In this document: positions 40,001-53,300 of the stretch, piece by piece | Numbering within the stretch: the stretch's first letter is position 1 | Layout: each line of letters begins with the position of its first letter | Assembly: GCF_001194135.2 (NCBI RefSeq) | Contig: NC_068981.1 | Span: 62,870,193-62,934,192, forward strand | Length of the DNA stretch: 64,000 nucleotides | Origin: Octopus bimaculoides | Taxonomy: Eukaryota | Reading direction: 5' to 3' | Translations under genes and position numbers: made by a program | The notes under the pieces: generated by a model | Database searches by the model: none | Told to the model about the DNA's origin: nothing | What the model saw: the letters and a program-made list of their open reading frames with translations, nothing else

Positions 40001-43000
40001 ATGTCTTGTTATTGAGAATGCTATTGAGAATGCCAGGGAAGACACATTGCTGCGAAAGACCAGGGGCTCGTTTCCGATCTTAAACACGAAGGACCTCGCA
40101 ATATCTAATAAGGTTGGAATCTCAGAATTATTGTGGCTGGCAGCTGAGACGATGACAGCATATCTTTTTATTGTCTGCATCAAATTCGAAGCTGCCATGT
40201 TGGGGCTGAATAAAGGGAAGATATTTAGTGAAAGTTTGGGCTACTTATAGATCTTAAAAGTTTTGTTCTCAAATTGCTGATGCACCTTGTACACAAACAC
40301 ACACACACACACACACACACATACGCGCACACACACATATTTCAAAACTTTTACAAAATCATAACAGAAAATCTGTAGCTTATTCCTCATCAGTCAACGT
40401 CCAAAAGATAGTTACAATTTCTCGCCTTTGACGTTGATGTTGGTCACTTTGGTGGCGTGGGTGGAAAAAAAACACTGGGAATAGCAAAAGAACAGACAGG
40501 GCAATGATGAAAACAAGCACGACAAAATAAAATGTACAACAAAAAAAATCGTGCGGCCGCAAGACAAACAGATATGGGATAATGCAAAAGAAAAGGAAAA
40601 TGTCCTGTAGGACTGGAGACGAAAGAAGGAGAGACAGAAAGTCAGAATGAAGGAAGAAGTAAAGCATTTTTATGTGTTTAGGTTTTTGTGCATATATATG
40701 TATGTATGTTTATGAATATATGTATGCTACTGTGTAAATATTTATGTAGACATGTTCGTATGTAATGTTACCTGCATTCTATAGCTTTACTTTCGCGTAA
40801 TATGGTATGTTGCCTTTGTTTTACGGTATTATATACATCCAAACATGAGACTGACCTATAAGATCACCGAATGTATGTATGTATGTATATCCATTTGTAT
40901 TTTCTATTTCAGTTTTGGTTTGGAACATGACCATCCTTTGGTAAACGGGTGTAATCCAGTTGAAGAAACTATAATGAAACCGCAGATTACCAAACATACA
41001 GAGCATTATGTGTGGTCACATTGTAGTAGAGATAGTCTTCATAAGTTCTTACGGTAATTGGTTTTATTATATCAAAACATTTATATATATTGGTTCATTT
41101 CGTGTTAAAATTTCATCATTTATTATGCTCTTGTGTTATATAGGACACAATCCTTGTGTTATATAAAAGACTAGTAGTAATACCCGTCTTTCTCGGGAGC
41201 CATGTTCAAAGTGTTATTATGTAGAGAGATTTACTCCTCCTGTATGTGTGTATTTTATAAAAAGCCATGTAATAATTGAAGTAGAAAAAAGATCAATTTC
41301 ATACACGAACTTCTGTTTGTTTTATTATATGACAATAATAAGTGAGTTGTATGTGTTATTTTTTATATCTAGAGAATACTATGGGTATCGATGAAAATCA
41401 AGAAAACACACTATTCTGGAGTACTTTTAGCTCACAGATGAAATATATGTGAATATATGAGCGTGTGTGTACTTGATTGTTTACGTGTGTATGTATGTCA
41501 TTATTCAGTTTATTTCAAAATTCCTTGCCAATAGAGAACCGGTTTTTAACCTACATCCAAGACTCCTTTATTGGAGTTTCAACATCAACAACAGGGTATG
41601 TGTGGATAGATAGATGTGCAGATTTGTATACATGTGCATATTTGTATGTTTTATGTATTCTCGTACATATAGTTGCATATTTAGACGTGCTCAAATATAT
41701 GTGTATGTCTGTATGTAGATATGGATATAGCTTACTTTGTGTGCGGGTATAGGTCTATTTGTATAGATATGTGAAAGTGTCAGTTCAGGGTCTATGGACA
41801 ACGTTGAAACATCAATGGTCTGGCAGTGCATGTTTGTGATAAGCTCCACGTGCACGTCAGTGATGTCCTTTAGCCCTGAAGACAAATAATCTGTAAAGCT
41901 GAAAACCGTCCTTAGATAAAAGTATACCTTAATAGGGTCTCAATAAAGAGAAGAAAACTTCCAATGAAAAAAATTTCCTATTCTCCAACGTTATAAAAAC
42001 AATTTTTACCAGCTACATCGAATAAATTGCCTGTATTTTGATAACGTTAGTACCACTCTAATTCTGTCCGCACTTTCTGTTTTGCTTTATTTTTTCAATC
42101 CGTTGTCAAATTTGAAATAATTTTCCGCTGTTAACTAATATTTATCTTTTCTCTCCTTTTCAGTTCGAAAGATTCCTTTTGTTTACTAAAAACGAGCGCC
42201 AAGCATTACAGGCATTTCGATGACAAACTTCCAGGGGAAAATTACGAAGCCGATATGCAGTGTAAGCTACGACACGGGCCAGAATATCGTTATTGCAGTG
42301 ATTTAACTACAATTGTATGTTTTATGTCACATCTCACAATCTTCCCTCTAATGTGAAAATAAAAAATTGATGTGTGTTTGTTTAAGTGTATTCGTTTGGA
42401 TTTATAAACGTGAGAAGAAAAAGGTACTCAATGCATGTAATAAAGTTTATTCTTTGATTCGTTCATGAGATGTCACTCTGTCGTAATTCTAAGTTCCCTG
42501 AGTTCATTTTTCGCAGTAAAAAGGAGAGGAGACAATAAACTCAGAATAGCGTCGAAAAGAAGCCTTACCTTCGAATAAATGGAGACAGGTGGATGGATAG
42601 ATAGGAGAAAGAGTGGATGAGAGGTTGCTGTTTTTATTTTTTCTGTAAGCTTATTATTCTATATGAAAAGTATCTCTAGCCTTTTTTCTAAAACGCAAGA
42701 GAGAGAAGATGCGAATCTAACAATTGAAGGATCGCGGTTTCATCTAATTGCGTTCAATCAGCTCTGATGCAACTAGAATCACGCATGCAATCACTGATAG
42801 AACATTGATCATTATCTAGATTAAATTATCTGATTGTGGATATTAATGAGAACACATCCAAATGCCCTGTACTGTATTACCATTTGTGTTACATAATTTC
42901 CTGCGAACACTTCATAACTAAATCTATCATCGACTGATATTAGACGACACTGATCTGATTAAATGTTGATTCTACTTCTTTAATGGAACTTGCATGCGTC

Positions 43001-44089
43001 TATACATTTGTGTACAAATGTTTTTCTTTTTTTTATTATTGTGTATATGTATAAGCATTTTCTTCATGACTTTCGTATAATATTTCAAAAATACATTCAA
43101 ACATTAATTGCTTCAACGGAAAAGTAGGCTCGGGTTACCAACTAAATGATCGGAAACATGTTACTCAAAGTACTAGGATTCGGAGCATTTCAGATATAAT
43201 GTATTAAAGAATACTCTACACTCAATACGAGTTTCCTAATTTATCACTTCTGCTTTCATATATATATATATATATATATATAAATGGAACATTCAAACAC
43301 TGAGATTTGAAGTTAGATGTCACTACTGTTCATATCATCTGTGGATAAATTCAAAATTTAATATCACCAGTAGTGGCATGGGTGGAACGCAGTTATAATA
43401 GCTTTAAAGATATATATATATATATCTTAACTACTCCATTCCTTAACTCGACTCTATTTCTGTCTATCAACTCCTTCACCATTATTCGTTCATTCCATTG
43501 TTCGTTCTTTCGTTCCCCCTCGCTCACATTTCCTTGCCTTCTCTTCTTGCTCACTTTCCCCTCCAGTTTTCACTTCACTGTGTCCCTGTCATTTTTTCTC
43601 GCCCCTCCTTAATTCTTTTGTCCCTCTGCCTCTCTCTCTTCTCTTCCCACGTGACTGGTGTTCGGCCAAGCCTGATCATTCTTTCATGTCCAGCCGTTGT
43701 GCGTGCAACATCGTTATTCCTCCCTGTGCCTGTGAAATCTTGTGTACCTGCTGTAAGGCCTTATTTCCATACACGCCAGCTTAATGTAATTCGTCCTTAG
43801 TCGAAAGACATCTGTTGTTGTCCTGTTATTATTCTTACTGTATGTATGTAACATTGTTCGTTGTTTTCCGTCCTTGTTTTTGTATACATTCGCTGCTTTC
43901 TTCCAAGGAATCTAATGCTCTTAGCTTAGTTTTTCCTTGGGACTGGCCAGATTGGAGCAATATTGAGAATAACCAGCCGAAATTGCAAGGATAATCTGGA
44001 TATCGACTGAAGAAAGAAAACTCCGAATGACCTGTCTGTGTTTTCTTTGTATCGTCTATCTGGATGTTTTGCGTTCTTGTCACATTCTC

Positions 44090-44123
<34 letters not shown>

Positions 44124-44678
44124 CTAGATATGCCTGCCTCTAGAAGAAAGAGGACTAATGCTTAGGTGGAGTATGGATTTTATTGACAGCAGAGTCTTTT
44201 ACAGCGGCTGACCAATTTCATCTAGTAATAAGCCTAGTCAGTCACCGTGAGGAACCATACATCGAATTCTCTCCCTCTATATATATATATGTGTGTGTGT
44301 ACATACACGTGCATACTATATACACTTTCTTGGTCTCCTCTTCTTCCTTCTCCTTGCTTAATCTCTCCAATATTTTTATATACGATGTGAGCATATCAAT
44401 GTGTAACGGGATGTTGTATGTGCGTATATGTAGGTTCGTGCGTATTACTCGTGCATAAATGTGTACCTTTCACCTGTTGATTCCCACAAAGTCTCTTTAT
44501 TCTTGCTTGATAAATCCCCTTCCGATTTAATTCGCCTTGCATTATTTTTATCTCATCTATTCTTCACTTTCTCACATATTTTCATCTCAAATCCCTTTTT
44601 ATTTCTTTAATCTCATCTAGCCACTTTACTTTTCTCTCCTCTCCTATCCTCTCTCTCTCTCACTCACTCACTCACTCA

Positions 44679-44715
<37 letters not shown>

Positions 44716-47344
44716 TCTCATCTTGTCTTCCTTTTGTAACTTGCAGCTCTGTATATCCATGACCCCTTTCAGGTCATCGTCCTACAACACCCACGAAATT
44801 CAACGCTCAGATTTCCAAAACACATCTCTTAATTTTATGAAGTCTCAGTGTCTACTTATCTACTCAATTTATTTCACAACACACAATCATAAAACTCTTA
44901 ATATTTATTATTATTAATATTATTATTATTATTAAGGCAACGAGCTGGCAGAAACGTTAGCACGCCGGGCGAAATATTTAGCGGCATTTCATGTCTTTGC
45001 GTTCTGAGCTCAAATTCCGCCGAGGTCGACTTTGCCTTTCGGGGTCTCTAAATTAAGTACTGGGGTCGATTTGATCGACTGAGCCCCTCCCTAAAAGTTT
45101 CGGGCCTTGTACCTAGAGTAGAAAAGAAAAGAATATTTGTTATTATTAATATTATTATTATTATTATTATTAAGGCAGCGAGCAACGCCGGGCAAAATGC
45201 TTAGCGGTATTTCTCCCATCTTGTGTTCTGAGTTCAAATTCCGCCGAGGTCGATTTTGCCTCTTATCCTTTCGGGGTCGATAAAATAAGTATCAGTCAAG
45301 TATTTGAGTCGATGAAATCGAGTAGCCCGCCTCCCACCAAAATTTCAGCCCTGTGCCTATAGGGGAAAATTATTAAGGGCGACGAGCTGGCAAAAGCGTT
45401 ATCACACCGAACAAAATCCTAAGCAGCATTTCGTTCGTCTTTAGGTTCTGAGTTCAAATTACGCTGAGGTCTACTCTGCCTGTTCTCTTCTCAGGATGGA
45501 TGAAATAAATAACAGTTGAGCACTGGGTTTGATGTAATCGACGAGGCTCCTCCCACCAAAATGTCTGACCTTGTGCATATAGCAGACAGGATTAGTAGTA
45601 TTATTCTCGTTGATGTTCTTGTAGTTCATATTTCCGTTACTTAATACAAACATTTATTTTTGACTTCTGTTCTTTGCAGGATCTTTGCAGTCAATTGTGG
45701 TGTGTGAAAGATAACCAACCATGCAACAGCGGATTATTTCCAGCAGCTGCTGGAACACCATGTGGTAGAAGTGTTTTTGACAAAAGTCGTGGCAGTCCTC
45801 AGTTGGTAAATATATATTGTGTTACGATTTTTTTTTTTTTTTTGAGAGTGGGGGCATTTTATTTTATAGTTGAAGGCGCATGACTCAATGGTTAGCGTAG
45901 TCGGCTCACGATCATAAGGTCGTCAGTTCGATTCCCAGCGGCGTATTGTGTCCTTTCGCAAGACACTTTATTTCACGTTACACCAGTCCACTCAGCTGAC
46001 CAAAATGAGTGCTACTTGTATCTCAAAGGGCCAGCTTTGTTACATTCTGTGTCACGCTGAATCTCTTCGAGAACTACATTAAGGGTACGCGTGTCTGTGG
46101 AGGGCTTAGATACTTGCACGTTTATTTCACAAGTAGGACTACCAGTATACGTCGATATTTTTATCTATCACGTTGCGTTCAAATTTCTTGCTTTCATTTT
46201 TTACTTGGCATATTTTGCACTGTTTCTCACTTATAGTAGACCCTACATAACACTAAACCAGGTTTGAACAGTACTTATCCTTACCTAGTCATAGCACTGG
46301 CTTCCGTTGGGACGTCCTTGACGACTGTTAGACCCTAATTGATTTTCCTGCACCCTATTCTCTTATTACTATCTATTCTCTCTTCCACCTGATTCACTGT
46401 AAATAATTGTTCTTGCTTAATCTCATATCTTAATTGATTGATGTAATCTATGATCAGTAGCAATCCAGCTATGACGATCCCGTCGTTTTTTTTTTCGTTG
46501 TTTTCGTTGTTTAGACCCAAGTTAACACTTCATCGAGCAAACCTATGATGAAAGACATTCTAACCGCGACCATACCATTATTTTCCAGTGTGTACATAAC
46601 AGGACCATATTATCCAATTTGTCCTTCTTTATGACTGCTGGATATAATTCTTGGAAGATTCTTGTTTGGAGTATTTCTAGCATATGGAGCAACCACAATG
46701 AACAATAGTCCGTATATACGAGTGTGTAATGATGTCAATTTCTCAGAAATTCAGACAATATGGTATGCATACACTTAAGGTGACGAGCTGGCAGAACCGT
46801 TAATACACCGGACAAAAATGCTTAGTGGCATTTCGTCCATTTTCACGTCCTAAGTTCAAATTCCGCCGTGGTCAACTGTGCTCTTATCCTTTCCGGGTCG
46901 ATAAAATAAGTACCAGTTGAGTACTTGGGTCGATGCAATCGACTTACGTCCTCCCTGAAATTGCTGGACTTGTGCCGAAATTTGAAATCAATATAATACA
47001 CATACATACATATATCATATTACGTTAGTAATTGCTTCCAAGACTTGCGGTATAACTCGAGAAACAACGTAACATGAAAAATCATTTTTAGATATTTATT
47101 TGCTTATATTTGTTCCAGTAAATGGTTTGTACAATCTTTCACACATATTTTATTTCATTTTCCACCCCAGTATTGAATTTTAGGTGTTGTTTTATAATTC
47201 TTTACGCTTTTAAATTTTCGCTGAGACTGACGTGAAGTCAGAGAAATCGACTGAAGTTGAAGTTTTGAAAAAAATATGACGTAAAGTTGAAAAAAGCGTA
47301 ACTCGAATCGACGAACGTTGACGTATGCTTATTTATATAAATAC

Positions 47345-47388
<44 letters not shown>

Positions 47389-50300
47389 TAAACAAATCAG
47401 TAATGTGTGTGTTTTAATTATATTTGTACTCATGAGAAATCTTATCTATACTCGGTCATCCCATAAATAATGCGGTTTTTTTAACTTGTTTTTCAAAATT
47501 AAAATAAAGTTCGTTTTTAATCCAAAATATACACTCCTTCATTTTCTGCAATGTTCTTCCATCTATCTGGTAGATTTGCAAGGCCCTGCTTTCAAAATTC
47601 ACTCCTCCACTACTGTTCTGAGCTCGTCTACAGAATTCATATTTTTCCGTCCAAATGATTTTGAAGACTGCGGAACAAAATGGTAATTCGATGGAGCAAT
47701 GTCATCCTCGGAAATCCTTTGGAATATCATCCTCGTTGATTGTGGCCGAACATTATCCTGATGGAAGAACACCTTTCATCTTGAAACCAAAGATGGTCGT
47801 TTTCCGATGGCACGCAGGTGTCGATAAAAGGTTGAATGACCAAATCCAAGCTTCTTTGCATGTTTCTCAACAGTTACGATAGGATTTTGTTCCATCAGGG
47901 TTTGCAGGACGTCTTCGTCGAGCTCTACAGATCTTCCAAGACGAAGCTCGTCTTCTAAGCTGTAGTTTCCGGCTCGGAATTTCTGGAACCACAGTTGACA
48001 CTAGCTTACGCTTATTGTCCGATCCCCATACACTGCATTAATATTCCATTGTGTTGTTGCCTTTATTTAACTCATAAAGCAAAATATGCCGAATATTCTC
48101 TTGTGTCACTTCCATTAAAGCTTTGAAAAAATAACAGGCCACGTCGACGTCTGGGGGGGGATACCCTCTACGTTGACCCTTATGGCACGCCTTCCACGAT
48201 ATATCGGAACATCACCGCTTAATCGGTTTTTTAAGATTGCTACCGCGTTCAAATTTGCTACAGTTGCATCCTTAAATCAAACTTCAACTGTTCCAAATTT
48301 ACTCCCTCTGGTTAGATTTCCTTCCAGACTGGCCTTAGTGCTTTCTCCACTTGATTCGTCGTCATTTCGTTAATTCTTCCTGCGGCTTCTGAATGTGTTT
48401 TGTATACTACCGTACATTCCATCCTATTAATGATAATATCCATTGGAGCAGTCACTTCCACATTAGTTCCTTCCCTTTTCATCATTTTTGAATAGTCCTT
48501 CCACTCGTTCATTTCCATGACATACTCCGATATTTTTGCGACCTCTGCGAAGCTTCTATCTAGCCTTGCTTTTTTTTTTTTTCATAGTGCTCCATGAAAT
48601 GTCTGACTGCTCAGAATCGGACACCTCATGTGTAGCTGCTATCTGAAAATCTGATGTCTTCCATTTTTCTACTTGGCATACCCTCCTCTATGAGGAAGGA
48701 AAATACAACCAGACTGCCACAAGGCAGCAAAAACCAAAGTGTTCAGCGAACACTACAACAATCTAAACAACAGTACAACAATATTTAAACCACAATACAA
48801 CAGCAATACACACCAAATTCTTCAAAAATGCAGTAAGAATAAGGTGATTTTTATTGCCCACAAGAGGGGACAATTAACGCATGAATAAAATGAAATTTTA
48901 CAATGAAGGTGAAATGGTCACCCCGGCCCTGCTTCGGGATGATTAAGTGATTTCAATTATTTCAAACAAAGAGTTTTTAACAGTTCTTTAAAATAATCTC
49001 AACTTACCATTTTATGTCACTTTTAATGTCATCATAATTCACCACTGGGGCGCTGGGTTCAATACTCACCTCGGGCTCCAGTAAATTTACATCTGAAGGA
49101 AAAGCTTCTCTCAGAGTTCTATATTTTCCTTCCTCCATCAGAATATATCTTATAATCCTTATCATATCCCTCTGAAAGATTCACCCTAATAATCCCTTTT
49201 ATTTTCGTTATTTTCCTCTCCAGTTTTTGAGTCGTATGATATGTCACTGAAAAAAATTTGTTTCTGTGTATGTCTTGTGTGTCTGCGTGTTGTGTCTGTG
49301 TGTCTGTGCTTTTATGTTTCTGTAACTCTGTGTTACTAGGTGTCTGTCTGTCTCTATTTCCATGTGTTAGTATGTCTGTGTGTTTATGTGTCTGTGAATC
49401 TATATATTTGTGTGACTGCAAGTCTGTATGTTTGCTTGGTGTTACTGTTCTGCTTGTGGCATTTTCCTTCGGTGTTCTCAAGGGCTTACTGCTTCTATTT
49501 GTCGTTGTTGTTTGGTTCATTTCCTACTGTACTTTGTTTCTTCTGTTGTTGCTCCGTTTTAGGTGATGAACTCCTCCTCTCTCTCTTCCTTGTCTTGGTT
49601 TCCATAAACTCTGTGTTCTGTTCCACTTCCTGGGTCCTCCTCTCCACTTCCATTACGCCTTCTTGTGTTTCTATTTCTGTGGTTTTCATCGTTTTTAAAC
49701 ACAGTAAGAATAAGGACTACTTGCTTTTACAGCAAGTTGATGCAGGTAGCTTATCCCGTCCTTCTCAGACTTTCATTTCATGCAATTGAAAAACCTGCAT
49801 TATTTAAAGGAAGACCCAATATATAAAAAATTGTGTTTGCTTGTATTTTATTGTATTTTATTTACATTCTTTTTAGTGGTGTCTCGATTACAAATGTGTC
49901 CCAAAGAATCCGAATTTTAAATTTAAAGATCTAGAGAACTTTCAAGGTTCGTATATCAATGGATACTGGGAGAACTGGTCAGCCTGGTCTGGGTGTCCAA
50001 CGGAGTGTGGTGGTGGAATACGTATGAGAACACGTCTTTGTCTGAAACGACAGTAAGTCATTATTATTGAAAACATTTAAACTCATTGATATTATTCATT
50101 ATTCTAAGGAGGCGAACTGACAGAATCGTTAGCACGCTGGGAAAAATGTTTGGCAGCATTTCGTCCTTCTTTACGTTCTGAGTTCAAATTCCGCCGAGGC
50201 CAACTTTGCCTTTCTTCCTTTTGGGGTCGATAAAATAAATTTCAGCTGAACACTGGGGGTCAGTGTAATAGACCGTACCTCGAACTTGCAGTCCTTGGGC

Positions 50301-53300
50301 CAGACTTTGAAACTGGTATTATTTAGTCTTATTTCAAAATAATATTTATCATATAAATTGCGAATTTATAAAGGGGTTTGTACTCGAGTTAACAGTATTG
50401 TCAAGTATATTTTATAAACTAAAACAATTGGGGTCGCCAATATATATATATATATTCATTCATTTATCTGTCCATCAACATATTCCTGTTTTTTTTTTCT
50501 CTCTTTTATTCATTCATTCTTTTTTTTTTTAAATTCTCGTTGATGTTATCTAGACATCAGATAGGTAAACCTCGTTGCAATGGTCCCAGCGTGGAACAAG
50601 GTGTATGCAATCTGAACGTAAGTCTTCTTTATTTGCCAAATCTAGTTTATTTGTGGAATTAATTCACTATTCTTGCATTAATTGTATTTCTAAAAATCCT
50701 TCCATATAAACGTTCGTACAATGGAACTGATCACTTGATTATTTATTTAAAACATCAGCCTCTATCATTAACGTATCGCTTTTAGCATGTTATTAATGAG
50801 ATTCAAACTTTACGGGAACTACACGTTTATGAGAAATGTCTAAATTAAGATGACATCATTTGCAATATGATTTTGTTCGATAGTTTTGGAGCGTTTATTG
50901 CAGAACTTCATTTGTGTCATATATATTTATTGCGTTAAATAATGAGAATACAGCTAAGCCTTTTGGAAACTAAAGAAGCTTGTCTTTCATACAACGCACT
51001 GTTCGCAATAGAGAAACAATATACAGCATTTTATATCATATATGCAAGAATGTTGATTGGCATAATCGTTAGAGCGTCAGTCGAAATACCATGCTATATT
51101 TCTTCTGGCTCTTTACGTTTTGAGTTCAAATTCCGTCGTTGTCAACTTTGCTTTCTTCCCTCTAGGATCAATAAAATAAAGTACCAGTCAGATGTGGTGT
51201 TCGATGTCCTTAACGAAATACTTCATCTCAAAATTGCTTGCCTTATACCTAAATTAGAAACAATTTATTTTGTATATGTCCACGACTTCAGAGCGTGGTG
51301 TCAGTTATATTAAGGACTACATCACATCTAAAATATAATATGTATGTTATTACTAGAATTTTAGGTTCCCTTAGCAAATTGTTTTTTTATTATATCCTCT
51401 CCTGATTTTCGTTATTTTTTTGTGGGCGGCGGGAATTAAATTCCAATCGAGCTTCAATTGACTAAATATATTTCTCATTAATATAGGCTTCTAAAACTCT
51501 CGAATTGGAAGAAATGGTAATGCTGATTTAATTTCCTAGAGGCTATGCCTGGCCCTTAAGAGACTCTTGCGGGATTTTAATTAATTTCATATCTATCAAC
51601 TTAAGGCACTGTTCTTATTAGAAGGATAAATATTTTACAAACTCAGCAACAGTGCTTTAATCAATCTCAGCTGAAATATTTATTGAGAGTTCTTGTTTTT
51701 TTGTTGTGTTTTCTTCAAGAGACTCTGCTAATTTATTGCAATCAAAGTTGTGCCCCAGAATGGCCACAGTCTAATGATTGAAGCAAAAGGTAAAAGACAG
51801 CAACTGAGACAAAATTGTCGTTTTTAAATTTATTTTTGCCTTTCCTCCAATCTCTGTGATCCATAGAGCTAACACGTATCTTCGGTGTCTGTAACATTTA
51901 ATGAATGAAAGATTAATGTTTTCTAATAGAATAGATGTAGGACGCGAGGCCTGCCTTTCGTACTGGAAGAATTGAACTCAGTACGGCAAAACATCGAAAT
52001 ACTTATCAATTTTATGAAGCATCCATTGTTTAGAACGATAAAGTGTTCGATCACTCACTGTTGTCACAGGAGCTTCAAGAATTAGTTACGAAATGTTCCA
52101 CAAATTACACTCCACTGTCTTACAGAAAGGGAAAAATGAAAATGATGATATAATTTTATGTAGGTTATGCTTTAAAAAACGAGGTGGGATATGTTTTATC
52201 AGAGATTTGTTCAGTTAGTTCCGTTTTGGAGCCAAACAACGACAATTTATAGTAAGTGGTTTCTGACATGCCTTATCCAAGGTAATCACATAGCGCCTGA
52301 TAGAAGGTACGAGCTCCTAATAATGTGGTTCGAAGTTTGATATCTTTATCAGCGTAGCTATCTGCTCTCAGTGTTAAATATTACTTTCCAGTTTCGTACA
52401 AGTATGACTTGTTGCTTCTAAACTGCAGTCGATCATTAGTCGAATTAATCGATCATTCCAGCGGTATCCATCTCGTCTGTCTTTTCAGGACTACCTATCG
52501 TTATCTATACTACCCCTCTCTTTTTAAAATGGCAGGCTCTGATTTGAGAGAGATTTGGCCACTATTTATTGCGAGTCAAGCTGCTACATAGTCTCTCTCC
52601 ATAGCTCTAATATGACTTCGTTTTCTGTACTAATAACGATTATTTTGTCTTCGTAAAGCGTTTTGTGGCCGATAAAAACACATGCATATATATATATATG
52701 ATGGACTCTCCTGTCGGTTTCGACATATGAAGCTCAGACAACGTACTCTTTCTTTGTCAATCATAATGCTTATGTCAAATGTGACATTTAAGTCCTGCCA
52801 ACGATTTGCAAAGAAGGCTACAAATGTTGCAAGTTTGAACCCTGATAGTAGTCATGTTTTGAAGGAGCGTGTGAGTAGAAATACGTTGTAGAAAATTGTT
52901 ATTATATTGCTACCGTTTTATTTGAATTGTTTTGTTGTTGAAAGCCATTGCTGTAGTGGTTTAATATGACTACCAGCTGCGCAGCTGCAGCTAGCAGCGG
53001 CCGGCCGACCAACGGCATGGGAATGAGAGAGGTGAATGTGGAAATGGAAAATTTGAAGAAACATTTCAAATATTTGAAGGAGGGAGACTGTTTGCGGGTT
53101 GACCCACCCAAAGAAGTGATGGAAGAAGCAGAAAAGAAAATTATTACATATAAAACTTTAAGAATTGGCTCCAAGAAAATAGAAATTGCGGAGACAGAAG
53201 TGATTGAGAAGTGTCTGAAGGAAATCACAGAGGAAGTTGTGCTGTTTATGAGAGGAAAGAAATACGAAACGGTGAAGGTGTATTTCAAGACGGAGCAAGG

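Noticed and set aside
49119-49789. Hydrophobic plus-strand ORFs suggesting a membrane protein (also 53578-53901)
   Set aside because: Antisense readings of purine-rich retroelement ORF1 sequence and (GT)-rich repeats.
50942-51313. 123-aa ORF
   Set aside because: Mostly a read-through of a diverged SINE copy (51043-51255).
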